64,000 nucleotides of DNA from an uncultured delta proteobacterium (GTDB lineage Bacteria > Desulfobacterota > Binatia > UBA9968): positions 11,290 to 75,289 of the forward strand of contig CAWFJP010000023.1 in the NCBI GenBank assembly GCA_963816145.1. Direction: 5' to 3'. Every line of letters begins with the position of its first letter. The first letter of the stretch is position 1. The notes beneath the pieces were generated by a model. That model saw only the letters and a list, made by a program, of their open reading frames with translations, was not told the DNA's origin and did no database searches. The translations under genes and the position numbers were made by a program. This document shows, one piece after another, positions 39,055 to 47,268 of the stretch.

Positions 39055-39795
39055 TCAGTAAACCATTCGCGCTTTGCGCACCTGATCGGCGCGAATCCAT
39101 CCCTGCTTGGCGAAAAACTCCGAGAGATAGCGCGCGACCTGATCGCCGCTCGTTGCGGCCATTCGAGCGACATCCGATTTGTAGGTCTTCACGCCTGAGA
39201 CCGCGGCGTTGGCGACCACCATGCCTGCGGTTACGCCGCCGCTAACGATCGCTCCGGCGCCGAGCATGGGCGCCGCGCCGGGCATCTTGCCACTGTCGGA
39301 TTGAGTGGTGAAAGCGAGCAGCTTGCGACCGTCTGGCCCCTGATAAACTTGAACCTGACTCTCCACCGTGGAGGCTCCGTTGCCGAAGCCAACCGCCAAA
39401 CGACGCAGCGGATTGCCTTCGTCGACGGTCATAAACTGACCGTCGATCAGCAGATCGGTCCCCCCGGCCTTGGTGTCGCGGCCGACCCGCTCGACGACGA
39501 ATCCGAGCGGCTTCAAGGCGTCGACAATTTCCTCGGCCAAAGCATCTTTCACTTCCCGCGCCAGAACACGCTCCCGCTCGGAAGCGTCTTTGATGGTCGG
39601 CTGTTGGCGCATGATGCCCTGGTACTCCTTAACTTCGCCCTCGCTCACGGCGAAGTCGAGAACAAGTATACGGCTAGGCCGCGGCAGATTGGTATCAGCA
39701 ACGCGCGCGGCACGGCGAATACCCGTCTGAGCGCAGGCCGCGGTTAAACACAATAGGAGTACGCCGAAATAACCACCCGTTCGGTTCGCTAACAT
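39055..39795 (-). CDS. Lipoprotein (DUF4410-like, tentative)
   Basis: 246 aa with lipobox LTAACAQ. A Gly/Ala-rich segment (GAAPMLGAGAIVSGGVTAGMVVANAAVSG) follows. Family name is from memory. Confidence 0.55.
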   Translation of the reverse strand: MLANRTGGYFGVLLLCLTAACAQTGIRRAARVADTNLPRPSRILVLDFAVSEGEVKEYQGIMRQQPTIKDASERERVLAREVKDALAEEIVDALKPLGFVVERVGRDTKAGGTDLLIDGQFMTVDEGNPLRRLAVGFGNGASTVESQVQVYQGPDGRKLLAFTTQSDSGKMPGAAPMLGAGAIVSGGVTAGMVVANAAVSGVKTYKSDVARMAATSGDQVARYLSEFFAKQGWIRADQVRKARMVY

Positions 39796-39881
39796 ACAAC
39801 ACCTCCTCCTCTTGTTTAACGGGTCATCGCGTAATCGAGTGGGCGCTGACTTAATGGCAAATTACTCTCCCATGGCCGGTT

Positions 39882-39978
39882 CCTCCCTTTCGCAAAGGGA
39901 GGTTAGGAGGGATTTTTCATGGCTTGAAAGATCGTCTTCTGCACAAAATCCCCCCAACCCCCCTTTTCTAAAGGGGGG
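39882..39978. repeat. Family-C triple-hairpin element, intergenic copy
   Basis: cctccctttcgcaaagggagg-ttaggagggattttt...caaaatcccccc-aaccccccttttctaaagggggg. Confidence 0.8.
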
Positions 39979-40130
39979 TGAAACCTACAAGAACAGCATT
40001 TCTCAACAAATTTCACCCACTCGATTACGTGAAGAGCCTGTTTAACTTCCTCAGAGCGACGAACCTACGGCATCAAAATGCCACAAAATGGTTAGCTGAA
40101 GAAACAAACTCTGCTTGAGCGACGTCAGCG

Positions 40131-40856
40131 CTAACGCGCTTTGGCGGCCGGGCTCGGCGTCCCGGCTGTTCCGCCGACACCGATCGCGTCTCGGTAGACC
40201 ATTATTTCGACCCGGCGGTTTTTCGCCCGCCCGGCCTCGGTCTTGTTATCAGCCACCGGGACGCGCTCGCCGTAGCCCACCGCCATCACCCGGCTCGGGT
40301 CGACATCTCTTTCCGCGATCAGAAACGCGGCGATGCTTTCGGCGCGCCGCTTTGACAGCTCATAATTGTAGGTTGGCGCGCCGGAGGCATCGGTGTGGCC
40401 GGCTATTAGATAGACCAAATTGCCGCCGTCATCGGCCTGCCCCTTAACGTCGCTCAGGAAGCTGTCGATGTCTTTCTTCGCCTGGTCACTGAACTGAGCT
40501 GAGTTGGACGCGAACTGCGGCCCAGCGGTGAAATTCAACACCATTTTTCGTTCGGGCTTGAGCCGCTGCAAGCTCTCTAACGCAAGATTCGCCTTGGCGT
40601 CGGTTTGGCCGACGCGGGCTTCGAGATCGGCGATCTGTTTGGCCATGGTGTTCACCCGGGCGTCGACTTGGGTGACCCTGCCGTCCGTCTTAGTCACATT
40701 CGCCTCTGTGTCCGAAAGTCGCTTATTGATCGGGAACAGTTGCTCGTTGGTCCAGCTTTGCACCCAGTCTTGGGTCGCTAGACAGCCCGAGGCGCCCAAC
40801 ATTGCGAAAACACTAAACAGCGGCAGTCCTCGCCGCAAGAAATTGGAATTATGCAC
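40131..40856 (-). CDS. OmpA-family lipoprotein with N-terminal coiled-coil repeats
   Basis: The GTG at 40856 has GAGGAG 7 nt upstream and gives a signal peptide with lipobox MLGASGC. Coiled-coil repeats (DARVNTMAKQIADLEARVGQTDAKAN) precede the OmpA_C core: GHTDASGAPTYNYELSKRRAESIAAFL...NRRVEIMVY. The track ORF starts at a TTG at 40874. Confidence 0.85.
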   Translation of the reverse strand: MHNSNFLRRGLPLFSVFAMLGASGCLATQDWVQSWTNEQLFPINKRLSDTEANVTKTDGRVTQVDARVNTMAKQIADLEARVGQTDAKANLALESLQRLKPERKMVLNFTAGPQFASNSAQFSDQAKKDIDSFLSDVKGQADDGGNLVYLIAGHTDASGAPTYNYELSKRRAESIAAFLIAERDVDPSRVMAVGYGERVPVADNKTEAGRAKNRRVEIMVYRDAIGVGGTAGTPSPAAKAR

Positions 40857-40964
40857 AAAGAATCTCCTCTTCAATTAAATTTTTTCGATCCACTCTTGAA
40901 ATTGTCGTTATATCTTTCCACAAGCGCCGCGCCGTAACCGATTGCACCAGCGGCACTACAGCAC

Positions 40965-41097
40965 TCTTCCCTCGCCACTTCCATCTTTACAGGAGGCAAC
41001 AGAGAAAGCAGAGAGAGTCTTAAAAATTTCTCCGTGATCTCCGTTTGCTCCTGTTAAATCCCTCGACAACCGACACTCGACCCTCTTCACTCGTCAC
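40965..41097 (+). repeat. Family-A complete element
   Basis: tacaggaggcaacagagaaagcagagagag (40988-41017) / ctccgtgatctccgtttgctcctgtt (41030-41055) / ccctcgacaaccgacactcgaccctcttcactcgtcac. Confidence 0.8.
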
Positions 41098-41588
41098 TTC
41101 ACCAGCGGCACACCCTGGGCGATGTCGTACCGGATGACGGCGCGAATCTTGTTCTCGATCTGCAGGTAACGCGCGACTTTGACCATCGGCAGCGCTTTAG
41201 CGAGCTTGGGCGCGAAGGTGCTCTTGAGATTGACCTCCGCCTGTTCGATGGCGTTGGCCTCCTCGATCAGCTTCTTTGCCTTGTCGTCGGTCAGCGACTT
41301 ACTACGGAAGTCAGCGGCGTAGATCTCTAGCACATTAACGATGCGCTGATTGATCTTGCGCAATTCCTTTTGATATTCGTCATAGATCGGCCAGAAGTTC
41401 TTCGCCTCCGACTCGGTCAATTCCATGTTGCTCGCCACCAGCAGCTTTTTGTCCGCTTTGATCTTGTCACGCAGGATCTGCATGTTGTCCGCTGGCTTGT
41501 CCTGCGCCGCCAAATTCATCGATGGGAGCCCCAACAGCACGATCGCCACTGCAACGCGGATTGTTTTTTTCAATAAATCGATTCTCAT
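41094..41588 (-). CDS. Periplasmic all-helical protein, paralog 1 (Spy/CpxP LTXXQ-like, tentative)
   Basis: 164 aa with a signal peptide. ~55% identical by eye to ORF 42437-42928. Shared motif: ELTESEAKNFWP(I/V)Y(D/E)(E/D)YQ ... YLQIEN. Confidence 0.65.
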   Translation of the reverse strand: MRIDLLKKTIRVAVAIVLLGLPSMNLAAQDKPADNMQILRDKIKADKKLLVASNMELTESEAKNFWPIYDEYQKELRKINQRIVNVLEIYAADFRSKSLTDDKAKKLIEEANAIEQAEVNLKSTFAPKLAKALPMVKVARYLQIENKIRAVIRYDIAQGVPLVK

Positions 41589-41621
41589 TGCTTCTCTCCT
41601 TCAGGTTTCATTTGTCAGCAA

Positions 41622-41710
41622 CCGAGGGGCGAGTGTCGGGTGTCGAGGCGAATCCCACTCGACCCTCGTCACTCGTCACCCTCTTTTTTCTCACTCGACC
41701 CTCGACACTT
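41622..41710 (+). repeat. Family-A outer arms without inner hairpin
   Basis: ggggcgagtgtcgggtgtcgaggcg...cactcgaccctcgtcactcgtcaccc...ctcactcgaccctcgacactt. Confidence 0.65.
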
Positions 41711-41721
41711 GTGTCGGCCGC

Positions 41722-42303
41722 CTACGGATTTGGATTGATCTTGGTAATCTTGGTTCCCTGGATGCCCATGCCGCCCATCAGTCCCTTTTGGTCAAAGATG
41801 AATGCATACACACCTTTTTGCAGGGTCGTGGTCGATAAGTTCTTGCCGAATCCTTCGTCCAACACCACCAGGCTAGGCCCGACCCCCAATTCGAAGCCGG
41901 CAGTGTTGTCGAGATACTGCAACGACGCATTATCCATAAAAAACAGCACGTAGCCGTAGGCTTGAATGCCGGCTTGAAATCCATACGACACCGCGAGCGA
42001 ACGGTAATAGGCAACGGTCTTGCCGCGTTTGCGTAAAGCGCCGTCGCCGAATTGGCCGGCGAAGATGAATCCGCCTTTGACGATGCTCGGGAAGACCAAC
42101 ACTCCGACCGCCTTGTCCGCCAATGCCTTGGCGGCCGGATAGTTTTTAGTGAGTTTCGCCACCGTCGCCCTCACGTCACGGTCGATCTCGCTCGCACTCG
42201 CCGCCTGCGCCGCAGCCGGACTCAAGACATGGAAGGTCAACAGCATCAATGCCAGCCCGACGATTAAGTTGGGCATCTTGGTATTTCGGTTATTTGCTCT
42301 CAT
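41722..42303 (-). CDS. SYLF (Ysc84/DUF500) lipid-binding domain protein, secreted
   Basis: 193 aa with a signal peptide. VLVFPSIVKGGFIFAGQFGDGAL...SYGFQAGIQAYGYVLFF...GFELGVGPSLVV matches the SYLF domain pattern. Confidence 0.8.
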   Translation of the reverse strand: MRANNRNTKMPNLIVGLALMLLTFHVLSPAAAQAASASEIDRDVRATVAKLTKNYPAAKALADKAVGVLVFPSIVKGGFIFAGQFGDGALRKRGKTVAYYRSLAVSYGFQAGIQAYGYVLFFMDNASLQYLDNTAGFELGVGPSLVVLDEGFGKNLSTTTLQKGVYAFIFDQKGLMGGMGIQGTKITKINPNP

Positions 42304-42351
42304 TCTGTGCTCCTGTCATCAAATTAGAAGGTAATCCCGCTCGCCATTTTT

Positions 42352-42433
42352 TACTGGAGGAAACCGAGGTTTTCGAAAATGCTCCGTTAACTCCGTTTGC
42401 TTCCGATTAGACTCCCTCGACCCTCGACCCTGA
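42352..42433 (+). repeat. Family-A element, short left arm
   Basis: tactggaggaaaccgagg / loop / ctccgttaactccgtttgcttccgatt / ctccctcgaccctcgaccc. Confidence 0.7.
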
Positions 42434-42436
42434 TCC

Positions 42437-42928
42437 CTACTTCGCCAACGGCACCGTGGTCGCGAGATCATATTTCAGCAGCACGCGGTACTCGTTTTCG
42501 ATCTGCAGATAACGCGCGGCCTTCTTGGCCGGCAGCGCTTTCATCACCTTGGGGATGAAGGCGGTGCGTTGCTTGACGTCGTCCTGTTCAAGGGCGATCC
42601 ACTCGTCGAGCAGCTTCTTGGCTTTGTCGTCGGTGAGCGACTTGCTGCGGTAGTCCGCGGCGTAGCTCTTCAACAGCGCGCCGAGACGCTCATTGATTTT
42701 CTGCAAATCGTTTTGGTAGTCCTCGTACACCGGCCAGAAGTTTTTGGCTTCCGATTCGGTCAACTCCATATATTTGGAGACAATCAATTTTTTGTCCGCC
42801 TTGAGTTTCTCGTGGACGATTTCCAGATTGTTGGCAGGCTTATCCTGCGACCGCGCAGCTATCGGCGCACTTCCGAGCGCAGCCACGAATAAAACCGCCA
42901 AAAACTTTGTCCCTGTCTTGTTCTTCAT
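42437..42928 (-). CDS. Periplasmic all-helical protein, paralog 2 (Spy/CpxP LTXXQ-like, tentative)
   Basis: The ATG at 42928 has GGGAGGG 7 nt upstream. Signal peptide MKNKTGTKFLAVLFVAALGSAPIAA. Paralog of 41094-41588. Confidence 0.65.
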   Translation of the reverse strand: MKNKTGTKFLAVLFVAALGSAPIAARSQDKPANNLEIVHEKLKADKKLIVSKYMELTESEAKNFWPVYEDYQNDLQKINERLGALLKSYAADYRSKSLTDDKAKKLLDEWIALEQDDVKQRTAFIPKVMKALPAKKAARYLQIENEYRVLLKYDLATTVPLAK

Positions 42929-42956
42929 CTCGACCCTCCCTTTTTCGATGTTTATA

Positions 42957-43379
42957 TCACGAATCAATATTTCCCTTGACAGCTTGGCGTCCCGGCGCCG
43001 AGATCAAGTAGCCGAGCATCACCGCCGGGACGATCGCCCAAAGCAGTGCCCGCACCGGGGTGTCGCCTTGAATTATGACACTCAGCACCAGCAAAAAATT
43101 GACGATCGCCAAGCAGATTCCCAACCACCGCGCCCAATGCCGCTGCAGCAATACGCCGCATGCAAAAGCGACAAATAAGAGCGCTAGAACCGCCACCAGC
43201 ATGCCCCTGCCGATGGCGATCAGTCCAAGCAACGGCAGTAACAGCAGGCCCTGCCCCATCATATCACTGCCGACGTCGAACCACTGTAGCGCACGCAGAA
43301 CAGCAGCGATGCTTTGAAGCACCGCCAGCACGGCAACGACCTTCAAGCCCAATGGATTATTTGGCAGTACCGATACCAT
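42957..43379 (-). CDS. Four-TM membrane protein, unknown function
   Basis: The start is taken at the ATG at 43379 (MVSVLPNNPLGLKVVAVLAVL...). The upstream 25 codons of the track ORF translate a repeat element. Confidence 0.5.
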   Translation of the reverse strand: MVSVLPNNPLGLKVVAVLAVLQSIAAVLRALQWFDVGSDMMGQGLLLLPLLGLIAIGRGMLVAVLALLFVAFACGVLLQRHWARWLGICLAIVNFLLVLSVIIQGDTPVRALLWAIVPAVMLGYLISAPGRQAVKGNIDS

Positions 43380-43394
43380 GGTGTCCCTAAAGAA

Positions 43395-43470
43395 GTGTCG
43401 GGTGTCGAGTGAAAAAAGCGCCCGACCCCACGTCTCTCGCCGACCCCTCGACACTCGACACTCGTCCCTC
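43395..43470 (+). repeat. Family-A outer arms without inner hairpin
   Basis: gtgtcgggtgtcgagtg...cccctcgacactcgacactcgtccctc. Confidence 0.6.
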
Positions 43471-43502
43471 TTATCTCCCCCGACCCCCGTGCCTCGTTGC
43501 CG

Positions 43503-44474
43503 CTACGGCTTCACTTCCGTCCAGCTTTTATCAGGGTCGAACTCTTTCATCGCCTGGGCGGCTGAGCGGGTATTAGCACCCAAATCCTTTTGAAAAACTT
43601 TGCCTTCGTGGTTGACCGTGAACGTCATCACGCCGGAATTGCCGTACTCGGCGGGAAAGGCGACGAGCGCAAAGCCGCCCATCATGTTGCCATTAACGAC
43701 GTAGCTGTAAGCCCCGCCAGTAGCGTTCTTTCCCTGACCCTCGAGGATCTTGTAATAGTAGCCGTAATAAGGCGCCGCGGTTTGCCCGGCGCCCGGACCT
43801 TGAGCGGAATAGCCGGCGCCTTGAGCCTGCGCCCAGAGCGGCCCCAGCGGACTCTGCTCTTCGCCGCTCTTTGCTTCCCAGTACAGCCCATTTTTCTTAC
43901 CGGCCTCGCTGCGGATGCGGCGCGCGTATTCGAGAATCTTGTCGTCGTCGCGATCCTTCATCGCATACTCGCGCTGGGCATCGACGAACGTCAATGCCAC
44001 TTGAATCGCGTTCAATTCGTTGGTGCCGATACGGCGGTTGAGAATTTCCTCGCGGCCCTTGTCGGTGTCGAATACCCAACTATCCGCTTTCTTGACGAGC
44101 GGAATCGGGAATGGCCAGGCATTGTTGCCGATCGTGATGATCCGGCTATCGCCTTCGCTAACGATAGTGTTCTTCTCGTTATAGGCCGCCAAGAACCGCT
44201 CACGCCAATGCTTGTCCGCAACCGGATCGCCGGAAAACATCAGATCTTTGGCTTGCGCGCCGAAGATCGCCAAGAGCTCTTTGTCATCATTACTTTTGGC
44301 GGCGGCCACCGCGGCCTTGACTGCCTCTTCGGGGCTAGCGAATGTCTTTTGTTTTGCCGGCGTAGCGGCCACGGCAAACTGGCCTATCGTGAGCGTCAAA
44401 ATGATCACCGCCGCGAACCCGGCCCAATACCAATTCGTCGGTTCTTTTGGATCTGCGCTTAGATTGTGCAGCAT
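43503..44474 (-). CDS. DUF2950-family secreted protein
   Basis: 323 aa. FASPEEAVKAAVAAAKSNDDKELLAIFG...NAWPFPIPLVK...YYGYYYKIL...GGFALVAFPAEYGNSGVMTFTVNHEG matches my memory of DUF2950. Confidence 0.8.
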   Translation of the reverse strand: MLHNLSADPKEPTNWYWAGFAAVIILTLTIGQFAVAATPAKQKTFASPEEAVKAAVAAAKSNDDKELLAIFGAQAKDLMFSGDPVADKHWRERFLAAYNEKNTIVSEGDSRIITIGNNAWPFPIPLVKKADSWVFDTDKGREEILNRRIGTNELNAIQVALTFVDAQREYAMKDRDDDKILEYARRIRSEAGKKNGLYWEAKSGEEQSPLGPLWAQAQGAGYSAQGPGAGQTAAPYYGYYYKILEGQGKNATGGAYSYVVNGNMMGGFALVAFPAEYGNSGVMTFTVNHEGKVFQKDLGANTRSAAQAMKEFDPDKSWTEVKP

Positions 44475-44499
44475 CGCTTCTTTCTCCCTAACCTACGGC

Positions 44500-45903
44500 T
44501 CACCGTGAAGTTCTGAGCAAAGCCAAACCATCAGCGGCGTCCGCCACCGCCACCGCCGCCTCTGGCACCACCGCCACTCCGTGCAGCGCCACCACTGCTC
44601 GTGCGGCTCGCGCTGCCGCGTTGGCTGGAGCTTTTGGCGGAACTGCCACCGCGGTCGATGCCTTCAAACGCGCCGCCGCGGCTGCTCGAAGCACCAAGGT
44701 TGGCGTTCGACTGGCTCGCGCCGCCGCGGCTGCCGGCAGTCGCCGAAGTTCTAGCCTGTTCGCCGCCACGCGCCTGCTGGGTTCTGGTTGCGGCGCTCGT
44801 TGCTGCCGGCTGGTCGATTGTTGCTGCGGCTTGCTGCGCTTGCTGTCCGGTGTTTTGTTGCTGGGCCTGCTGACCGGCTGATTGCTGACGAGCTTGTTGA
44901 GCTTGCTGTCCGGTTTGTTGTTGCTGCGCTTGCTGCGCTCGTTGTTGCGCCTTTGCTGTTCCGCTGGGGTCAAAGCACTGCCGGTGTAACCGCGATACGC
45001 CTGGCGCGCCTGAACCTGTTGGCTCGGCGACGCCTGGTTATATTTCTGCGCCACCGCTTGATTGCCGTAGGGAACTCCCTTGCGATTGGCCGCATTGTGC
45101 TGCCAATTACCCTGCGCGTTTGCCGGTAGCTGATTTGCGTATACGTTGCGGTTGATGTTGGTGTTGATATTGACGTTCTGGTTGTAATTGTAGTGAACGT
45201 GTCCGTTGTTCCAGTTAGGGCTGCCCCATGCGTAGCCCCAGGCCGCGCCTAGCGCGACCGCGCTGCCAAACCAAAATGCCGACCTTGCCGCGACATATCC
45301 TGGCGGATAGTAGTAATACGGTGGATAGGCCGGATAGGGCCAGGTGCCATAGACTACGGTTGGATTGTAGGCGGGAACATAGACGACCTGCGGACTGGCA
45401 GGCTCGATGACAATGATCTTATCCTGAACGATCACCTTTTGCTCTTGCGTCGTTTTAAGATTACCCGCCGCTTGCGCCTTGGCACGCAGACTCTGGATGG
45501 TATCCATGACGGGCTTTTCCCCTGCAAGAAACGCGTCGCCCAGTTTTTGCGTCCAATCGAGCTTCTCGTTCATCATGGTCAACACCTGGGGGAAATTGAC
45601 CAGCGACTTCACGCTCGGGTCCCAGCTCTGCGCTTCCAGCGCTTTGGTCAAGGCGTCGCCTTTGAGATTTGCGTTCTGTTTGGCGAATCGGGCGGCGTTA
45701 ACCACATCGAGCGGATACGTCGACGCCATCAGGATCTGCGCGATCAATGAATCAGGATAGAGCGCGATCGGCGCGAGCAACTGATCGAGCTCTTCCTGCT
45801 TAACCACCGGGGCATTAGCCGCATCCTGCGCCCATGTCCCCGGAGGTACAGCCAACAGCGTAACCAAATAACATGAAAGCGCAATTTTTATGACTTGCCT
45901 CAT
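44500..45903 (-). CDS. DUF3300-family secreted protein (C-terminal low-complexity tail probably frameshifted)
   Basis: Signal peptide plus the hallmark LLAPIALYPDSLIAQILMASTYPLDVVNAARF. After ~codon 318 (near 44950-44958), the -1 frame gives a typical Gln-rich then Gly/Arg-rich tail ending GGGARGGGGGGRR with a stop at 44531-44533. Confidence 0.85.
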   Translation of the reverse strand: MRQVIKIALSCYLVTLLAVPPGTWAQDAANAPVVKQEELDQLLAPIALYPDSLIAQILMASTYPLDVVNAARFAKQNANLKGDALTKALEAQSWDPSVKSLVNFPQVLTMMNEKLDWTQKLGDAFLAGEKPVMDTIQSLRAKAQAAGNLKTTQEQKVIVQDKIIVIEPASPQVVYVPAYNPTVVYGTWPYPAYPPYYYYPPGYVAARSAFWFGSAVALGAAWGYAWGSPNWNNGHVHYNYNQNVNINTNINRNVYANQLPANAQGNWQHNAANRKGVPYGNQAVAQKYNQASPSQQVQARQAYRGYTGSALTPAEQQRRNNERSKRSNNKPDSKLNKLVSNQPVSRPSNKTPDSKRSKPQQQSTSRQQRAPQPEPSRRVAANRLELRRLPAAAAARASRTPTLVLRAAAAARLKASTAVAVPPKAPANAAARAARAVVALHGVAVVPEAAVAVADAADGLALLRTSR

Positions 45904-46019
45904 TATGCTCTCTTCGCTTTTACTCGTTCACTTAGTGAATATGACGCCGCTATACCAGTTTTCTGGTGACTCCCCAGGCGCACGACACTCAATTTCGCGC
46001 CAGACACTTTGCCTTGGGC

Positions 46020-46424
46020 CTATGGTTTATCGCCACCCGCCACTTCGCTCGCCAGCGCCGCGCGCAATGTTTTAATCAATAACTCATCGTCGAAGGGCTT
46101 GCGCAAAAAGGCCATCGCTCCGGATGCCAACGCCCGCTCGCGCACGCCGACTTCGTCATGCGCCGTGATAAAGATAACCGGAATGGGGTTGCCGCCGCGC
46201 GCGAGCCGTTCCTGGGTTTCCAGACCGTTCATGCCCGGCATTTGCACATCCAAAATGGCGCAGTCAGCTTGAAACGACGGCATCGCGTCGATACAGTCCA
46301 AAAACTCTTGCCCCGACGCGAAGGTCTCAGCGTTCATGCCGAGGGAGCGAACGAGTCTTTTCAAAGCTCGACGGACCGAAACGTCATCATCGACGATCGC
46401 GATCAATGGCAGGCCTTTGGTCAT
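46020..46424 (-). CDS. Single-domain response regulator (REC only)
   Basis: 134 aa. IAIVDDDVSVRRAL...AILDVQMPGMNGLE...VIFITAHDE...FLRKP. Confidence 0.85.
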   Translation of the reverse strand: MTKGLPLIAIVDDDVSVRRALKRLVRSLGMNAETFASGQEFLDCIDAMPSFQADCAILDVQMPGMNGLETQERLARGGNPIPVIFITAHDEVGVRERALASGAMAFLRKPFDDELLIKTLRAALASEVAGGDKP

Positions 46425-46515
46425 TAAATTTTGTTGCGCAAGACATTCGAGGACAAACCAGATCCCGAACAGCTTTCGCTAACGATCATCTATATAGGAG
46501 AGCAGAAGGGCTGTA

Positions 46516-46535
46516 TATTGGACCTTGGTCCAACA
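46516..46535. promoter_or_regulatory. Candidate operator, TATTGGAC-CTTG-GTCCAACA
   Basis: One arm mismatch. Lies 92 bp upstream of the REC gene that heads the DUF3300/DUF2950 gene string, between it and the FixJ-like gene. Confidence 0.45.
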
Positions 46536-46626
46536 CAGAAAAGGCGGCCAAAACTCATCGCAAGTGAACGTTGGTCAAAATTAGGCGACAACGGAGAGGC
46601 CGACGATCATGCGCACCGGCACCCGT

Positions 46627-47268
46627 TCACCTACGAGCGCTTGCGGCTGTCGGCTGTTTCTGCGCTGGGATACCGACTTTTTCTGCCAGCCGTACCAGCT
46701 CCGCAATCGAATCCACTGCCATCTTTTCCATCACCCGGGAGCGATGAACTTTGATGGTTTTCTCGACTGTGCCGAGCTCCCATGCGATTTGCTTGTTTAA
46801 CATTCCGGTGACCACCAGGGCCATGACTTCGCGCTCGCGCGGCGTGAGCGACTCCAGACGCCGGCGGATGTCGACCAGTTGGGCGGCCTCGGCACGCTGC
46901 CCGGCCGCCCGTGCCAGCGCCTGCTCGATGGCGGGCAAGAGAGTTTCTTGGCAAACCGGCTTGGGCAGGAAATCCACCGCCCCGGCTTTCATCGCCTGCA
47001 CGCCCATCGGGATATCGCCGTACCCGGTGATGAAGATAATCGGAATGGCTATTTTCGCCGCTTGCAACGCCTCCTGAAGCTCCAAGCCGTTGACACCGGG
47101 CATACGCACATCGAGGACAAGACAGGCGACCCCCGCGGTTTCAGGCTTGGACTCGAGAAACTGCCGGGCCGATGCGAACGGCGCGACCTCATAGCCCGCC
47201 GCGCGAATCAGCCGCGCCAGCGCTTTGCGCACCGAGCTATCGTCGTCGACCAAAAACACCGTCGTCAT
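46627..47268 (-). CDS. FixJ/NarL-family response regulator (REC + LuxR-type HTH)
   Basis: 213 aa. VFLVDDDSSVRKAL...LVLDVRMPGVNGLE...IIFITGYGDIPM...LTPREREVMALVVTGMLNKQIAWELGTVEKTIKVHRSRVMEKM. Overlaps the kinase stop (ATGA). Confidence 0.9.
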   Translation of the reverse strand: MTTVFLVDDDSSVRKALARLIRAAGYEVAPFASARQFLESKPETAGVACLVLDVRMPGVNGLELQEALQAAKIAIPIIFITGYGDIPMGVQAMKAGAVDFLPKPVCQETLLPAIEQALARAAGQRAEAAQLVDIRRRLESLTPREREVMALVVTGMLNKQIAWELGTVEKTIKVHRSRVMEKMAVDSIAELVRLAEKVGIPAQKQPTAASARR

